Numbered from the stretch's first letter, positions 26,002 to 40,051 are shown. The stretch is DNA of 64,000 nucleotides from Octopus vulgaris (GCA_951406725.2 OX597814.1:130200001-130264000); one strand, 5' to 3'. The notes: generated by a model from the letters alone, not told the origin. Numbers and translations: made by a program.

Positions 26002-27498
26002 TGGACAGAATCTAGTGTTAGTCGATGATATATGACAATTGTGTCGAAAGCTATAACATATTTGTTTTTATAGTACGTCGTTTGTTGCGTATGTGCATGT
26101 ATATCGAAAATTTGTGAGTAGGTGTCAGTATATACTTTAGCAAACTATCCTTTATATTCTCCATGACAGAGTTGTAACACAGCTATATAATATTGTATAT
26201 CTGTATGTGTGTGCCTGTGCGCTATGAGTGTGTGTACGTGTGTGTGCATACGTATAGATAGGTAGATGAATAGATATATAATAATCATATATGTATAGAT
26301 ATGAATACAAATATAGAAATAGATATGTATATATGTATATATATAGATACAGATATAGATATTTACGTTTATATATATATACATATATATATGGGGGGGG
26401 GTGCATATACATACACACATAGGCATTTGTATATACATACATGTTCGTGTATTTCTGTATTGTTATCACTTGATTAGAACAATGGTAACGGTGAGAAAGA
26501 GAGAGAGAAAAAGAAAGAAATGGTTTTTTTCCGTCTCAATATGGGTGATGCTTATTGATTCTTACTCCAATCAACAGAACTAAACTATTGGCTTGGATCC
26601 AAACATGTCCAATCGACTAAAAAAAAAAAGAAAAACAAAAGAAAAAAAAACGAAAATAATAACAAAAACCGAAAACAAACGAGATCAATGCGTTATCTAA
26701 GGCTGTATAGATATTTTGTCAATATCTATAACAGCCATCTTCCCGCGCTATAAAATTCCATTGCCATTAATAAATGCGACCAGTTGTCGACATGTCTCTA
26801 AAATATTTGCCTAATAACATCAGCAACAACAACAGCAACAACAACAGTGACGACAATAGCAAGAACAAGAACATCATTAATAATCTCGATGCCAGTAACA
26901 ATACTAAATATGTCTTATGTGTAACACAATGTCTGCTGGGAGCAGTAAAGAACTAACTGTCTATTTCCAAAAGAGATTGCTTCGAATTCCTATTATAGAA
27001 AAAAGAAGCAGTGACTTATGCAAAATAAGAAGACGAATAGCGTAACAGGAAAACTGGAAAACAGTAGTTATATGCAGGCTCTAACAATTCCACGAAAGAA
27101 GATTAATTCAAATACCTGTTATTGAAAATACAAAAGTCGACTTAAATAAAGTGCAAGATGAATAGCTTAACGGGTTAAAGTAGAAAAGTGTCGCTATATG
27201 CAGGATGTAACCATTGCAAGAAGTTGTTTGATGCTCTCAAAACAACCTATGAACTAATCAAGTGTAATTTGGTTTGCTTTGATCTTTGATCAACTGATCT
27301 TCCAACATACGTTTAAGTATATAAAGACAGAATTTCAACGATGTTGGATAGAATATTTTAACAAACTTCTGAATACTTCTGTTGTATAGTGAAGTTTTAA
27401 TACAATCAACTTATATTCCTGTAAAGGAACCAAAGAGGTTTATAGATTCAATTTCTTCGTAACACGCACAGAATGTTGATGTGTGTAAATGTGTATGT

Positions 27499-27571
<73 letters not shown>

Positions 27572-27944
27572 TTTATCCTACCATCGCGTGATAAGCGTAA
27601 CTTAGCCGTACGTCAGAAGAGATTGATGCAATAAATCCCAGGCTTCAGTACTGAAATCGATTTGCTCGAGACTAAATCATTCTAGGCGGTGTCCCAGCAT
27701 GGATGCATTCGAAATACGGAAACAAGTAATTGCTATAAGAAAAGATATACAAAAGATATGCATGCATTTATATATAACATGTGAGAAAATAGAAAGAAAA
27801 TGAAATTCATGAGATTCTACATTAAACACTACGATCGCTTCGACCCATCCCGCAGCGATCTACCGCGTGTTAGACGCTGTAGAAATAGATGTGGTGCATC
27901 ATTTAGTGCAGATGTGTTTCGTCAGATGACTTGGCGAAAGGTCC

Positions 27945-28295
27945 CTGCGTGGCACCTTGGGCATGTGTCTTCTGCTATAGTCTCGGACCGACCAAAGTTT
28001 GTGAGTGGATTTGGTTGACGGAAACTGAAAGAAACCCCTCGTATATATATATATACAAATGTATATATGTATGTATATGTTTGTGTGTCTCTGTTCGTCC
28101 TTGCACTATCGCCTGACAACCGATGTTGCTGTATTTTCACCCCCGTAACTTAGTGGTTCGGCAATAGAAAAGAGTCCGATAGAATAAGTACTAGGCTTAC
28201 AAAGAATAAGTCCTGGGGTCGATTCGTTCGACTAAAGGCGGTGCTCCAGAATGGACGCAGTCAAACGACTGAAACCAATAAAAGAGTAAAAGAGT
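27945..28295 (+). mobile_element. SINE family A (5'-truncated)
   Basis: CTGCGTGGCACCTTGGGCA..GACTAAAGGCGGTGCTCCAG..AAAAGAGT tail. Confidence 0.85.
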
Positions 28296-28362
28296 ATATA
28301 TATAAATTTTATATATGTATGTATTATATATTATATATTATATATATGTATGTATACACACA

Positions 28363-28427
<65 letters not shown>

Positions 28428-28451
28428 GTATATGTACTATCTATAAAAGTA

Positions 28452-28668
28452 ATATGTGACAATTATTCGGTAGCCATGATAAAACTCCGAGTTTTGGAAA
28501 AACTTTTTCCGATGGCCAGATAACTGAAGAGATGGCAGCGTGGATTTCCACCTCGGCATCCGAAACTCGGAGTTTTATCATAGCTACTGAATAATTGTCA
28601 CATATAAATTCCTCTACATAATATCGGGGTCTCTTTCATTCTTTTATTGTCTACCATTTTTATCAATA
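28452..28668 (+). mobile_element. Solo PLE pseudo-LTR with inverted 5' duplication (same family as 30563-31480)
   Basis: ~28452-28499 is the reverse complement of ~28559-28606; the sequence aligns by eye to the minus strand of 30565-30720. Confidence 0.8.
28519..28579 (+). ncRNA. Type I hammerhead ribozyme
   Basis: GATAA-CTGAAGA-GATG..GTGGA/TCCAC..CATC-C-GAAA-CTCGGAGT-T-TTATC. Stem I GATAA/TTATC, stem III ACTC/GAGT, GUU site. Confidence 0.75.
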
Positions 28669-29097
28669 TATATGTATATTACACATATATAATATACATA
28701 CATTTATATATATATATTTTATATAATAGATTATATATACATACACACATATGTGTGTGTATGTATGTATGCATGTGCGACAATATATATATACAAGTAT
28801 ATCATATCTAAAAGTCCAAGCCTGAAAATGAAGAAAAATTGAGAAAGCAGGTAGAATGGAAGTACAGGAAAGAATAACAGTCTCGAGTTAATATGTGTTT
28901 ATAGGATTTTGCTTTTCATCTTGTCGGAATCGATGAAATAGGTAGCAGTGAAGCACTGGAGTCAATTTAATCAAGTTACTCCTTCCCCAGAAATTACTGG
29001 CGTTGTGCTAAAACTTGAAATCAATAATGATGGCATAAGTTGAGAAGGGTGTGCAAGGGTTATGCGTGTGTCTGTGTGTGTGCATGCATGCATGTGT

Positions 29098-29171
<74 letters not shown>

Positions 29172-29679
29172 GCGAAAGAAAGTGTGATGAGAGATAAAAA
29201 TGGCAGAACGATGTTAAGAAAACGAGTAGAGAAGAATCAGCAAGGTAGAAGTAGAAATGTTGGATTGAATATGGAAAGTTTCGAAATTTCTAATGGCGGA
29301 GACAAATGAGGCGGACATTGTGAGAAAGGGATAAGAAGAAGAAAAAGAGAGAGGTAGATAAATGGGAAGGGAGAAGGAGAGAGCTATAGAAAAAGGAGGA
29401 GACATCGGGATATGGTGGTAATAGTTATAAGAAATCTGTGTAAATATCCGTTTCAAGAAGATTGAGAGATTGAGAGAGGGGAAAGAAATGGCGTGTGTTT
29501 AAGAGAGATGAGTTGTAGGAAAAGAGATGAGTAAGGGAGGTCTTATAAATATATGATAGTTGTGAGATGGTGATACAAAGACGGAATGAAATAAATAGTT
29601 GAACAAGGGGGTTGAGAGACAGAGAGGGAGAGTGATAGAGATAGAGATAGTGTGGGGAGGAATGGAGAGAGAAAGAGTG

Positions 29680-29729
<50 letters not shown>

Positions 29730-30089
29730 AGGGTGTACGTTAGAAAGACGGAGAAAGAGGTAATGAGGAATAGAGAGTAAAAATTGGTAGTGGAGTGAAA
29801 GCCTGGGTAAAAGTTTAATTGACAGAGAATTAGAATGAAACAAACGTCAGAACAAAGAGTGAGAAGGGGACAAAGAGACGAGGAGAGGGAAGCAGAAAGA
29901 AGTCGGCAGGAGGGAAAAGTGCGTTTAGATGCGAAAAAGAGAAAGACGGAATGACATAAAGTAGAGTAAAAGAAAGGGAATGAAACTATGGGAGGGAAGG
30001 AGATAAAGGGAGAAAGAAAGTGAGGAAGCGATTGCCTATTGTAAATATGTGCCTGTCTGAAAGTGATTATTGCGCTCTCTTTAAGGATG

Positions 30090-30148
<59 letters not shown>

Positions 30149-30150
<2 letters not shown>

Positions 30151-30560
30151 TGAGAATTTACAAAGAAAATAAAATAACAAGACCGGTGTGTAAACAACAA
30201 ACAGATGTATTAGTTTAACGCTTGGGAAGTGAGAGTCTTTAACGTTTCAAACCTACGCTCTTCGACAGTAAGCAACATAGAAATAAACAAGGAGAGAAAA
30301 TAGAAAATTGTATAGTGGTTAGCGATCTATCATGGCGAACATATATATATAACGGGAAGCTTTATGAAAATAAACAAAAGACGAAGGCAGGTGGAATACA
30401 AACAAACAATTGTATTAGTATGGCGCTCGGGAATATAAATAAAACAAGTCTTTTACGTTTCGAGCCTACGCTCTTCAACAGAAAGATACACAGAAAAGAA
30501 ACACAGAAAGAAACAAGGAGAGAAAAAAAATGCGTGCAGAGGCTAGCGAATCAACATGGC
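30149..30560 (-). mobile_element. Two tandem copies of pLTR-like repeat family E with variant HHR (30237-30270, 30450-30485)
   Basis: Second copy: CTTT-CTGTTGA-A-GAGC-GTAG-GCTC-GAAA-CGTA-AAAG. Confidence 0.7.
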
Positions 30561-30654
30561 GATCAAGATAACAAAAGAAAGAAAGAGACCTCAATATTAT
30601 GTAAATAGAGGAAATTTATCTATAAAATAATATGTTACATTACTCGATAGTCAA

Positions 30655-30715
30655 GATAAAACTCTGAGTTTCAGATGCCGAAGTGGGAATCCACAACGCC
30701 ATCTCTTCGGTTATC
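30655..30715 (-). ncRNA. Hammerhead ribozyme motif (U4C core) in PLE pLTR
   Basis: GATAA-CCGAAGA-GATG..GTGG/CCAC..CATC-T-GAAA-CTCAGAGT-T-TTATC on the minus strand. Confidence 0.65.
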
Positions 30716-30973
30716 TGGCTATTTGAAAACGCTATGAAAAAAATACCGTTATACAAAGGGAAATTACTGTTATAACTCTGCTTGCCTGCGTACTTATACA
30801 TCGCGATGTAAACGTACACATCTTCACACGCATTTTTCGCCATAAAAAAATTATATAAAAATACATAAAAATATATAAAAAAATATATATGCATAAAATA
30901 TATATAAAAAATATATGATAGAAGGTATGATGAGGTAAAAAACCTTCCTGGGACATAACATAGAAAGCATGTT

Positions 30974-31410
30974 CTATCTGTTTTCTTTAGGGGACCAAAA
31001 ACGTAACAGAAATTTAGTTACATTTGGGCATGATCCGAAAAGTTCTGTCCTTGAGTTTAGACATGTAGTAGGGTCTAAGCTGCTTTTCCAGATGAGCCAT
31101 CTCTCCATGTCGCATAGACTGCACCTTCCGCTGCCGTTGGTATAGGGCTTACATTTGGCCAAAATCTTCCAATGTATGTTATAATCGACACCTTTATCTC
31201 TTAAAGACCAAATATGATTAGATAATTGTGTCGCTTTTCTTTTGTTCCAGTGCCTAAAGCTCAAAGTGTGGTTATTGAACCTGGCCTTGAAATTACCCTC
31301 TGTAAGGCCTACGTATTTCTTCATCGAAACGGTGTCTTTAGTGGTTATAGTCTACGGTAGCTTGGACATGCAAGCTCCATTTAGCGGGCACAATTCTTTA
31401 TTCCTGCATG
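30974..31410 (-). pseudogene. PLE GIY-YIG endonuclease fragment
   Basis: TCRNKELCPLNGAC, then after a disruption KKYVGLTEGNFKARFNNH..LSNHIWSLRD..CSLCDME..CLNSRTE; homologous to the 21232-21663 peptide. Confidence 0.88.
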
Positions 31411-31471
31411 TGGCGTTGTGGATTCCCAGAAACTCAGAGTTTTATCTTGACTATCGAGTAATGTAACATAT

Positions 31472-31516
<45 letters not shown>

Positions 31517-31756
31517 TATACATATACTTATGTTTATATATATATATGATATGAATGATATATGATATATGTTCGACTCCCATGCAGATAGGTAAGACTT
31601 CTTTTTTTTCTGTCGAGGGCTTATATGCCCCTTTATTAGACTATTTTCTTTAGTCATTGCACGGTGATCGCCATAAGCTTTAAGCTTATATAAAAATATC
31701 ATCATCATTATTTACAGGAATGTAAACTCGGCGCCGTATAAAAAAACCATTCGCAC

Positions 31757-31873
<117 letters not shown>

Positions 31874-32483
31874 TACGTATGTATATATACACCACCATAT
31901 CCTATTAACATTAAGTAATTAAGATCATATATTTCTTTCTTTGCTCATAGTAACAGGAATTTGGAATTTTAATTAATTTAACTTCTTTTGCTCACTGCAT
32001 TAAGCATGTGAACACTCCCCTTAAATGTTGCATTTCATACCGAGGATGCCTCCAGGTAATTTGCAAGCAATTATTATTTAAAGTTATGTTGCTTACTTCT
32101 GTATATTTCCTGTACATCTCTGGATTGCTACCCTATCACGCAATCTGGTAAACAGCAAGAAAGTCAAGGCTCCAGTAATGAGGTCTTATTTACTCTTAGC
32201 TCCGTATGGAACATACACCATAGACGACTTTTTTCCCTGTTCGACTGTTCTCGATTCTGGGCTGTCTTTTCTGCTTCGCTCGAGTAGGACTCTGCTTTTT
32301 TAGCTAGGCCTCAATATCCTACTTCCAGCTATTTTTAAGGCATCCTCTCTTCTGCTTCTCTTGTAGATTCAAATCACCTTTGAGCACAACACTGCCATTC
32401 CTCCTTGCGAGGGTCGATAAGTTATCATAAAGTACCAGTCTAATATACTGTGATCGACGCTACGTTGTTGTCGTTGTTGATGA

Positions 32484-32622
32484 TCTTCTTCTTCTTCTTC
32501 TTCTGCTTCTGCTTCTTCTTCTTCTTCTTCTTCTTCTTCTTCTTCTTCTTCTTCTTCTTCTTCTTCTTCTTCTTCTTCTTCTTCTTCTTCTTCTTCTTCT
32601 TCTTCTTCTTCTTCTTCTTCTT
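32484..32622. repeat. (CTT)n microsatellite
   Basis: Directly visible; source of the poly-E/poly-F ORFs. Confidence 0.95.
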
Positions 32623-32807
32623 TCATTCTGTCTTTTTCTTTTCTTTCATTCATTTCCTCCCCCTCTCCCCCTCTCTCTGAGCCATACACATAATTCAAAG
32701 GTTGAGGCTTATCACGTTGTGCCACACTGATTCCACAAAAGAGGAGAAAGAAGACGGAAAAGAGAGGAACAGCCAGGAAAATGCACGTGCGTAGTTCACA
32801 TGCTTGA

Positions 32808-33550
32808 TATATAAACAGAGAAAAAGACAAGAAAAAAAACAACGCGAGAACGTGGTACGCGCAAAGTGTTAATAAGACGCTCTGGAAGGAAAGAAAGTGT
32901 TTCACGTTTCGAGCAAAGCTCTTTTTCAGAAACAGGAGACAGAGTAAAGCCCAGTAGAAAAGGAAGCTGGATGAAAAAAACATCGCTAACAATCCACATA
33001 TAGTTACATTTTGAAATGACCGGAAGTAGATGGACAAAGAAAAGGTGCTTTCTAAGACAGGAGTGTGGAAAGAAAGGTTGGTATCTGTGTGTATGTGTGG
33101 TGTGTGTATGTGTGTGCTTCTGTGAGATAGCATATGTGTGTGTGTGTGATAGCGTGTATGTATATATGGTAGCGTGTGCGTGTACCATTAGCTGAGTGTG
33201 TGTGGTGGTTGTGGTATGAGTGTGATGGCAGTGATATGTGTGTGTGATACCGTGTGTATGTAAGGTAGCGTGTGTGTGTGTATGCGTGTGGTGGTAACTG
33301 TGTGTGTATGTGTGGGATACTAGCTGTGTATGTGTCTGTGAGTGATCTCTGTGACTGTTAATGCCGTAGGAAGAAGTCAGCAGCTGTCATAACTGGCGTG
33401 GTTGTTTTGTGTAGTTGTGTGTTATTGCACAAGTGTGTAGCGGGAATGGTCAGTCATAGGGTGTTCGAGAGGTAGTCTGAAGGGTGTGTGAATGTGTAGA
33501 TGTGGATGTGAGTGCGTGGGAGAGGTTTATCGATGGGAAAACCAAAGGCT
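32808..33550 (-). mobile_element. pLTR-like repeat family D with long CA-rich UTR, decayed HHR (32899-32933)
   Basis: AACAACGCGAG.ACGTGG..GACGCTC..GTTTCGAGCAAAGCTC shared with the other copies. Confidence 0.6.
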
Positions 33551-33630
33551 ATGGGTGAAAGATGGTAAATATATTTTTTTATATTGTTGATGTTTTTGAA
33601 AATTTTTTAATATTCTTTTAATATTTTTTA

Positions 33631-33674
<44 letters not shown>

Positions 33675-33997
33675 TAAAAAATATTAAAAGAATATTATTG
33701 TGTATATATTTGTGTGTTTGTGTGCCCCTTGTCACCACTCCCTTTACAACATCGTTTGACAATCAGTGTTGGTTTGTTTATTACCCCGTAACCTAGCGGT
33801 TCAACGCAAGAGACTGAGAGGTTACATACTAGAAGTTTAGATCGATTGGTTGGACTAAGACCCATCAATGTGATGCCTCAGCATGACTGAATAAAGTGAA
33901 GGATAATCGTTAATTTTCGGAAGAGGAGACAATAGCCATGGCTTTTGCTGGCTTTCCTGGTAGGTTAGTGATATCAGCAATGTGGTTATGATTAGTA

Positions 33998-34150
33998 AGG
34001 CGGCAAGCTGGCAGAATCGTTACCACGCCGGGCAAATACTTAGAAGCATTTTGTCCGTCTTTACGTTCTGAGTTCAAATTCCGCCGTGGTCTACTTTGCC
34101 TCTTATCTTTTCGGAACAGTTGAGCACCGGGGTCAATGTAATCGTTTAGC
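33998..34150 (+). mobile_element. SINE family B
   Basis: GGCGGCAAGCTGGCAGAATCGTTA..GAGTTCAAATTCCGCCG. Confidence 0.8.
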
Positions 34151-35029
34151 CTCCGAACTTTGAAACTAATGTGCTTCAGATTAGCTTGAACGTCTGAAGA
34201 TCGTTGCCTGCTCCAAGGTGACTGATCTCTGGGATTATGTTGAACACCTGCTGTGGCATTCGAGAAGAGTACAACTGTCGAGCTAATCGGTAATTATGAT
34301 CGTTCCGCCGACCTCCCTGAATAAGTGGGGAGCGAACCTATTTTCTCTCGGTAGTTGCTGTTACGAAATAGGTAGTATGGAAGACGAGAGTGAAAGGAAT
34401 TGCAACAGGCATGTTCATCTCCAATCTCGAGCTAATCGACTTTTTCGTTTTCCACATGAAACGGAAAATAAGGCTGGAGAAGAAATGCCTGTCGCAAAGT
34501 GTGTTTCGTAAAAGACGGAAGTCTATAGCATGTATGTTGCGAGTGAAAGAACCTGTTTAAATGAGAATATAAAAAAGGAGAAAGCAAAGTCTTCAGTATG
34601 AGTATGTGGTTTGTGGGGTTGACCGCGTCCTCTGCTTCATGTTTTGTAAATCACTTATTCTCATTTAATTGTATATATTTTGTTTGTTTAGTCATACGTT
34701 TCGTCTCATTCGATACCCTAACCCCATTGGTTGTTTTATCTGTCCTCGTATCGTCCTCTCTTTTTCTCAACCACATGGTTAATAAAGAAATTGACTGACG
34801 GGAAACAAAAGCGAAATTAAAAGACGAGTAGTCGGAGAAAAAGAAATGCGTAAGCAAAATAAGGTGTGGGGGACAAAGAAGAAACAAGGGAACAGAAACA
34901 AAATACAGGCAGAAAATAAAGAAGAAAGGATAAGTTGTACGGCAAAGAACACGCTTAAGGAAGAGAGGGGAAAAGAAACGAAGCATGAAAAATGTTGTAG
35001 CAGTAGCAGTGATCGGGGTGGATGTGCAG

Positions 35030-35278
35030 TAGTAGTAGTGGTTGTGTTGTAGCGGCAATAGTCGTGATGGTGGTAGTAGTGGTGGTAGTGGTTGTGCTAT
35101 TTGTTGTCGCAGTAGTATGCTGGTGGTGATGGTAGTGGTGGCAGTGGCGGTGGTAGTTGTAGTAGTAGTAATAGTAGTCGTCCTCGCAGTAGTAGTTGTT
35201 GTGGTGGTCGGGGTATTATTATTATTATTATTATTATTAGTAGTAGTAGTTGTAGTAGTAGTAGTAGTAGTGGTGGTG

Positions 35279-35328
<50 letters not shown>

Positions 35329-35332
35329 GGTG

Positions 35333-35380
<48 letters not shown>

Positions 35381-35384
35381 ATAT

Positions 35385-35437
<53 letters not shown>
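35030..35437. repeat. (GTA)n/(GTG)n/(ATT)n microsatellite
   Basis: Directly visible; source of the poly-T/poly-V ORFs. Confidence 0.95.
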
Positions 35438-35761
35438 ATGGAACACAAACAAAAAAATCAACAACGACAATGAGAAGTGCTAGTTCGCTTTGTGCTGCTG
35501 GGGGAGGTCCCTAGTCTTTGCTAAACTTTTATCATCTGTAAGATTCTTATTCCAGTTAGTGTGTACAGTAAGTGCGGTTTGAAGGAGGTTTCGAGTATTC
35601 TCTTCGGTATTTTAATGTGAGTTCTTGCAAAAGATTTAATCTTCCTTAGGCAGATACCCAAAGGTCAAACGATGCTGCTTAATACCTCAGAGAGTTTTAA
35701 AAATCCCTGCCACCATGGTTCAAGATTGAGGAAATATGTTTTACGCTTTTCTTTCTTTTCT

Positions 35762-35811
<50 letters not shown>

Positions 35812-36152
35812 TTTTTCTCTCCCTTTCCCTCTCTCTCTCTATGTACGTATGTGTTTGTGCGCAAGTTATGAAAGATATGAAAAACATAAAAAATGGGTAA
35901 AGGAAAAAGTACTTGAACAGCAGAATGGAAAAGGAGGAAAACACATATATATAGGATTTTATTTATTTGTTTATTGGTTTTTTTTTTATTTATTCATTTA
36001 TCTATTTATTTGAAAATCTAGTTATGACAGGAACAAGTGAAGAGTCACATACTAAAATGCTAAAGAGAATAATCATGATATAAATTTATATACACCTAAG
36101 CACAGATGGATGTACACAGACCACATACATATGTACATCCATCTGTGTATTT

Positions 36153-36197
<45 letters not shown>

Positions 36198-36393
36198 GAT
36201 GGTATAGTATGCTTATATACTGTTGTGAAATATTTAATTTTAAATGTATTTATTGCATTAATCAATATATTTCATATATATTTCATGACAATATGTATTT
36301 TATCTGCTCTTCGATTTGGTTTTCCTCGATTTTTATAATTTATATATTGAACTCATTTATTTTGTTTATTTTGTTTATCGCAACTTAAGACGG

Positions 36394-36443
<50 letters not shown>

Positions 36444-36609
36444 CATATACTCTACCTCTGGTATATACTCTTTTCTTTCCACCTTGTTTCACTAATCGAT
36501 ATATATATATATATACAAACATGAAAACACAAAGGGAAAACACAACAACGCGAGGACGGAAACAAGTATAGTGTTATTGGACGCTCAGGAAAGGAAAGAA
36601 AGAAGGAGG

Positions 36610-36644
36610 ATTTAACGTTTCGAGCGGAGCTCTTCGTCAGAAAC
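36610..36644 (-). ncRNA. Minimal hammerhead ribozyme in family D copy (~36515-36700)
   Basis: GTTT-CTGACGA-A-GAGC-TCC-GCTC-GAAA-CGTT-AAAT; canonical core, loopless palindromic stem III (ACGT). Confidence 0.7.
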
Positions 36645-36717
36645 ATAAGAAAGGGAAAGATCCAAGGAAGGGAAGACGGAGGAAAAAAAGTTGCCAACGT
36701 GGTATATATATATATAC

Positions 36718-36749
<32 letters not shown>

Positions 36750-38157
36750 ATGTAAGAGCGTGTATCTATCTATATATATATCTACCTGTGTATACATCAT
36801 AATATGAGTTTCAGTAATATTACCTTTTATTTAAAACAAAGCTCTATAAAAGAAGGGAAATGGATATTTAATGTTCTTATCTTTCTCAATAAAAATGAAT
36901 TGACGTAGGCTGAGAGGTAAGAACTGGAAAGCTGGGAACTTTCTCTTAGTCTGTGGTTGAAGAAATTTCAACTCACTTAGAAAGACTGTTCGTGCAGAAA
37001 AATCAAAATGCCTCATCATGATAAACTACATCATTGCAACCATCATAACTCCAAAGTTACCGTTATAAGTAGCAGTTATGGAATGAAGGTCGATTAGATC
37101 GACCTAACACTTTCTTGGAACTGTACCCTTCTCTTGCCAAAGTTCAGAATCAATATAAATGAAAAGTAATTAAAGAGGGATTAGGAGATTAAAACGGAAA
37201 ATAAACCAAAAAAAAAAAAAAAAAAGAGAGAACAAGACATTATCTGCAAAACGTATAGTACAACCTTCATGCCAACTCAACTGTCCTATATAAACGTGGT
37301 GGTAAACAGCTGTTTATAGTTATGTTTATACTTAATTGCGATGCATCGTTCAATTCAAAGTCGTACATATTAATAAAGTATCTAAATAGCTATGAGGTTT
37401 TTGAAAAAGTTTTTATTAGCTTTTACTATGATTTACGGTACATTTAATGTTAATTTCGCTTATTTTAAAATAATATTCTTTCGTCTAGGCTGTGATCGTT
37501 TTAATTAATTGCTTGTTAAAGATTTCTAAACTATTGCATATTGAAAACTGTTGAATACATGACTGGTGGATATAACTGACCTTTTAATATGTAAGAATTT
37601 TCATTAGCAGCACATAAGTGCTTTTGGTGTCGCATGTCTCTCGTACTGTTGCAAGAAAATAGAAACAATTTTCTTTATAAATTGTGTTTTAAATAGGAGG
37701 ATATGATATAGTAATTTTGGTGGAATGATAAATAGCTGAACTGAACTGCGAGCCAAACATTATATTGCAATAGGTAGACTACTTGAATTTCGCTGTTAAT
37801 GATGTGTTGCGAAATTATAATAGTGCTACGACGCTTGTGGTGTATTCCTAAATTCTCTATCTCTTGGTTTATCAAGAAAGATACGCCTACAGAACTACAA
37901 CAGCTTTCTAATAAACATAAATGTATACGACTAAATGTATTTCTAATATTAGGAAAAAGACCGCTCCTTTTAACAGAAGAGTAAAGTTGATTGAATAAAT
38001 TCATTACATAACTGGTTCTAAGTTTACTGAGTGCAACGTTGCTAAAGCAAAGACAATTACTCGATGGTCTTTAAACTCAGAAAGTAGAGACACACAACTA
38101 AATGCTACCAGATATTTAATCCCGTACTTACCATTTAATGTTTTCTCTTTTGTTCAT

Positions 38158-38331
38158 TTTACTTGTCTAAGTCTCTCAATTACAGCCATACTGGGGTACC
38201 ACCTTGAAGGATTTTAGGCAAATAATCCGATTTCAGTACTTATTAAGTCAGGTTTTTAATCTGTCTGTGTTTTTTGCCGAACCGCTAGGTGACGAGGACG
38301 TAATTTAAAGACAGACCAACATATATTTATT

Positions 38332-38386
<55 letters not shown>

Positions 38387-38555
38387 ATACATATGTATGA
38401 CGGGCTTCCACACATTTTCCGTTTATCAAATTCACTCACACGGCAATGATCTATTTGGTGTTATAGTATTCTACACTTGCGCATGGTGCCAGGCTGTAGG
38501 ACTGAACCCGAAACCACGTGGCTACAAAGCCAACTCATTAACTGCATAGCCATGC
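38158..38555 (-). mobile_element. SINE family A (old)
   Basis: GCCGAACCGCTA, GACGGGCTT, GGACTGAACCC landmarks. Confidence 0.7.
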
Positions 38556-39721
38556 TTGTGATTTCATTACAAATTATTTATATATTAATCCAGAAATTCA
38601 GTAATCTAGTGGCTATGTCCTATAATATTTGTTATGAGAGAATGAAAACGGAGAAAGAGAAAACAGGAAAAAGAGGAAGAGAGTAATAGTGATAGAGAGA
38701 GAGAGAAAGAGTATAATAGGGAGAGAAGGAGGAAAACTGAAACAAAGGGAGAGAGGGGTGTAAGAGTGCAAAGGTATATAGTTATATATTTGTACTTTCA
38801 CCCAATTATGTTTACATATAAGGAGATATTAACAGATTTTCGGACAATTATTGTGACATATTAGCAAATGGCTGATCTATTTTGAACTTTTGCCAGCCTT
38901 TGTCGCATCGAACTTATTTAACGACTAACTCATAAAGTATCGATATCTGTATCCAATTTGATTGCTTGAATGTCCAGTCTAGTAAATTAGGAATTACAAA
39001 AGTTAACACGTTAAATATTCTTTTATTATCAAAGAAAATAAACTTTTCGTTTTTTTTTTTGTTTGGTTTTGCTAGATTCTTGCTGAGAACTCGTGTGTTG
39101 AAGCAGATTTTGTTGTATCAGTTAGAGTTATTAGGCCAATAATAAACGCACTGGTTTTATTTTAATTCTTTTATTAGTTAATTCGTTAACAGTTAACTAA
39201 TTAACTTAATTGCTTAGTTAATCTTTTGATCGATCAATCAGTCAATTGCGTTTGTCAAAGTCTTTTTATCGCCATTCGCGACCTCAATAATGACATACCC
39301 TCTCTACTTTATATGTGCTTCCAGTTTGTACACAGACTGGAGCTGATGCATTAAAAAAAATTTTTTTTTTACAAAAAACTGGCTTTCGGGTGATTATTTT
39401 CAACTTGAGATGGCAGAACAGTGTTTTTCAGCGTCTTGCTAGCTTGTCAGGCGTTTAGAATATTTTCGTTTTTGTATTTTGGTTTGCAAGATTCTTGGCT
39501 TGAAAATTTCATCTTTTTTTTTTTAATTACTTCTAGGGATGTGAAATATGCAGCGAATTCAACATTTACGTAAATAAAAAAATAAATTGATAAAATAGAA
39601 TTAAAATCCCCATCTCCCCAAGAAACAGGAAGTGAAATTCAATACATACATACATACATAAATACATATATATAAATACACAAATACATACATAAATACA
39701 TAGATACATACATATATATAA

Positions 39722-39801
<80 letters not shown>

Positions 39802-40016
39802 ATGTTCAAGTAAATGGCAACACAATTTCCTTTACATAAATGCGATTATAATAATTGGCATCGCAACGTTGTACATTCAAAATGAAAGTTCACAAAACCG
39901 AAAATCTTAAAATTAAATTAATCAAAATTGTCACTTTTGTATCCAGTTACATTACATACATATACACATGCATATACACATACATACATACATACATACA
40001 TACATACATACATACA

Positions 40017-40051
<35 letters not shown>

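Larger units (their letters stand above)
30563..31480 (-). mobile_element. 5'-truncated Penelope-like element with short inverted pseudo-LTR
   Basis: GIY-YIG remnant followed by an HHR-bearing pLTR. ~31410-31480 is an inverted, internally deleted copy of ~30621-30700 and abuts (TA)n. Confidence 0.88.
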
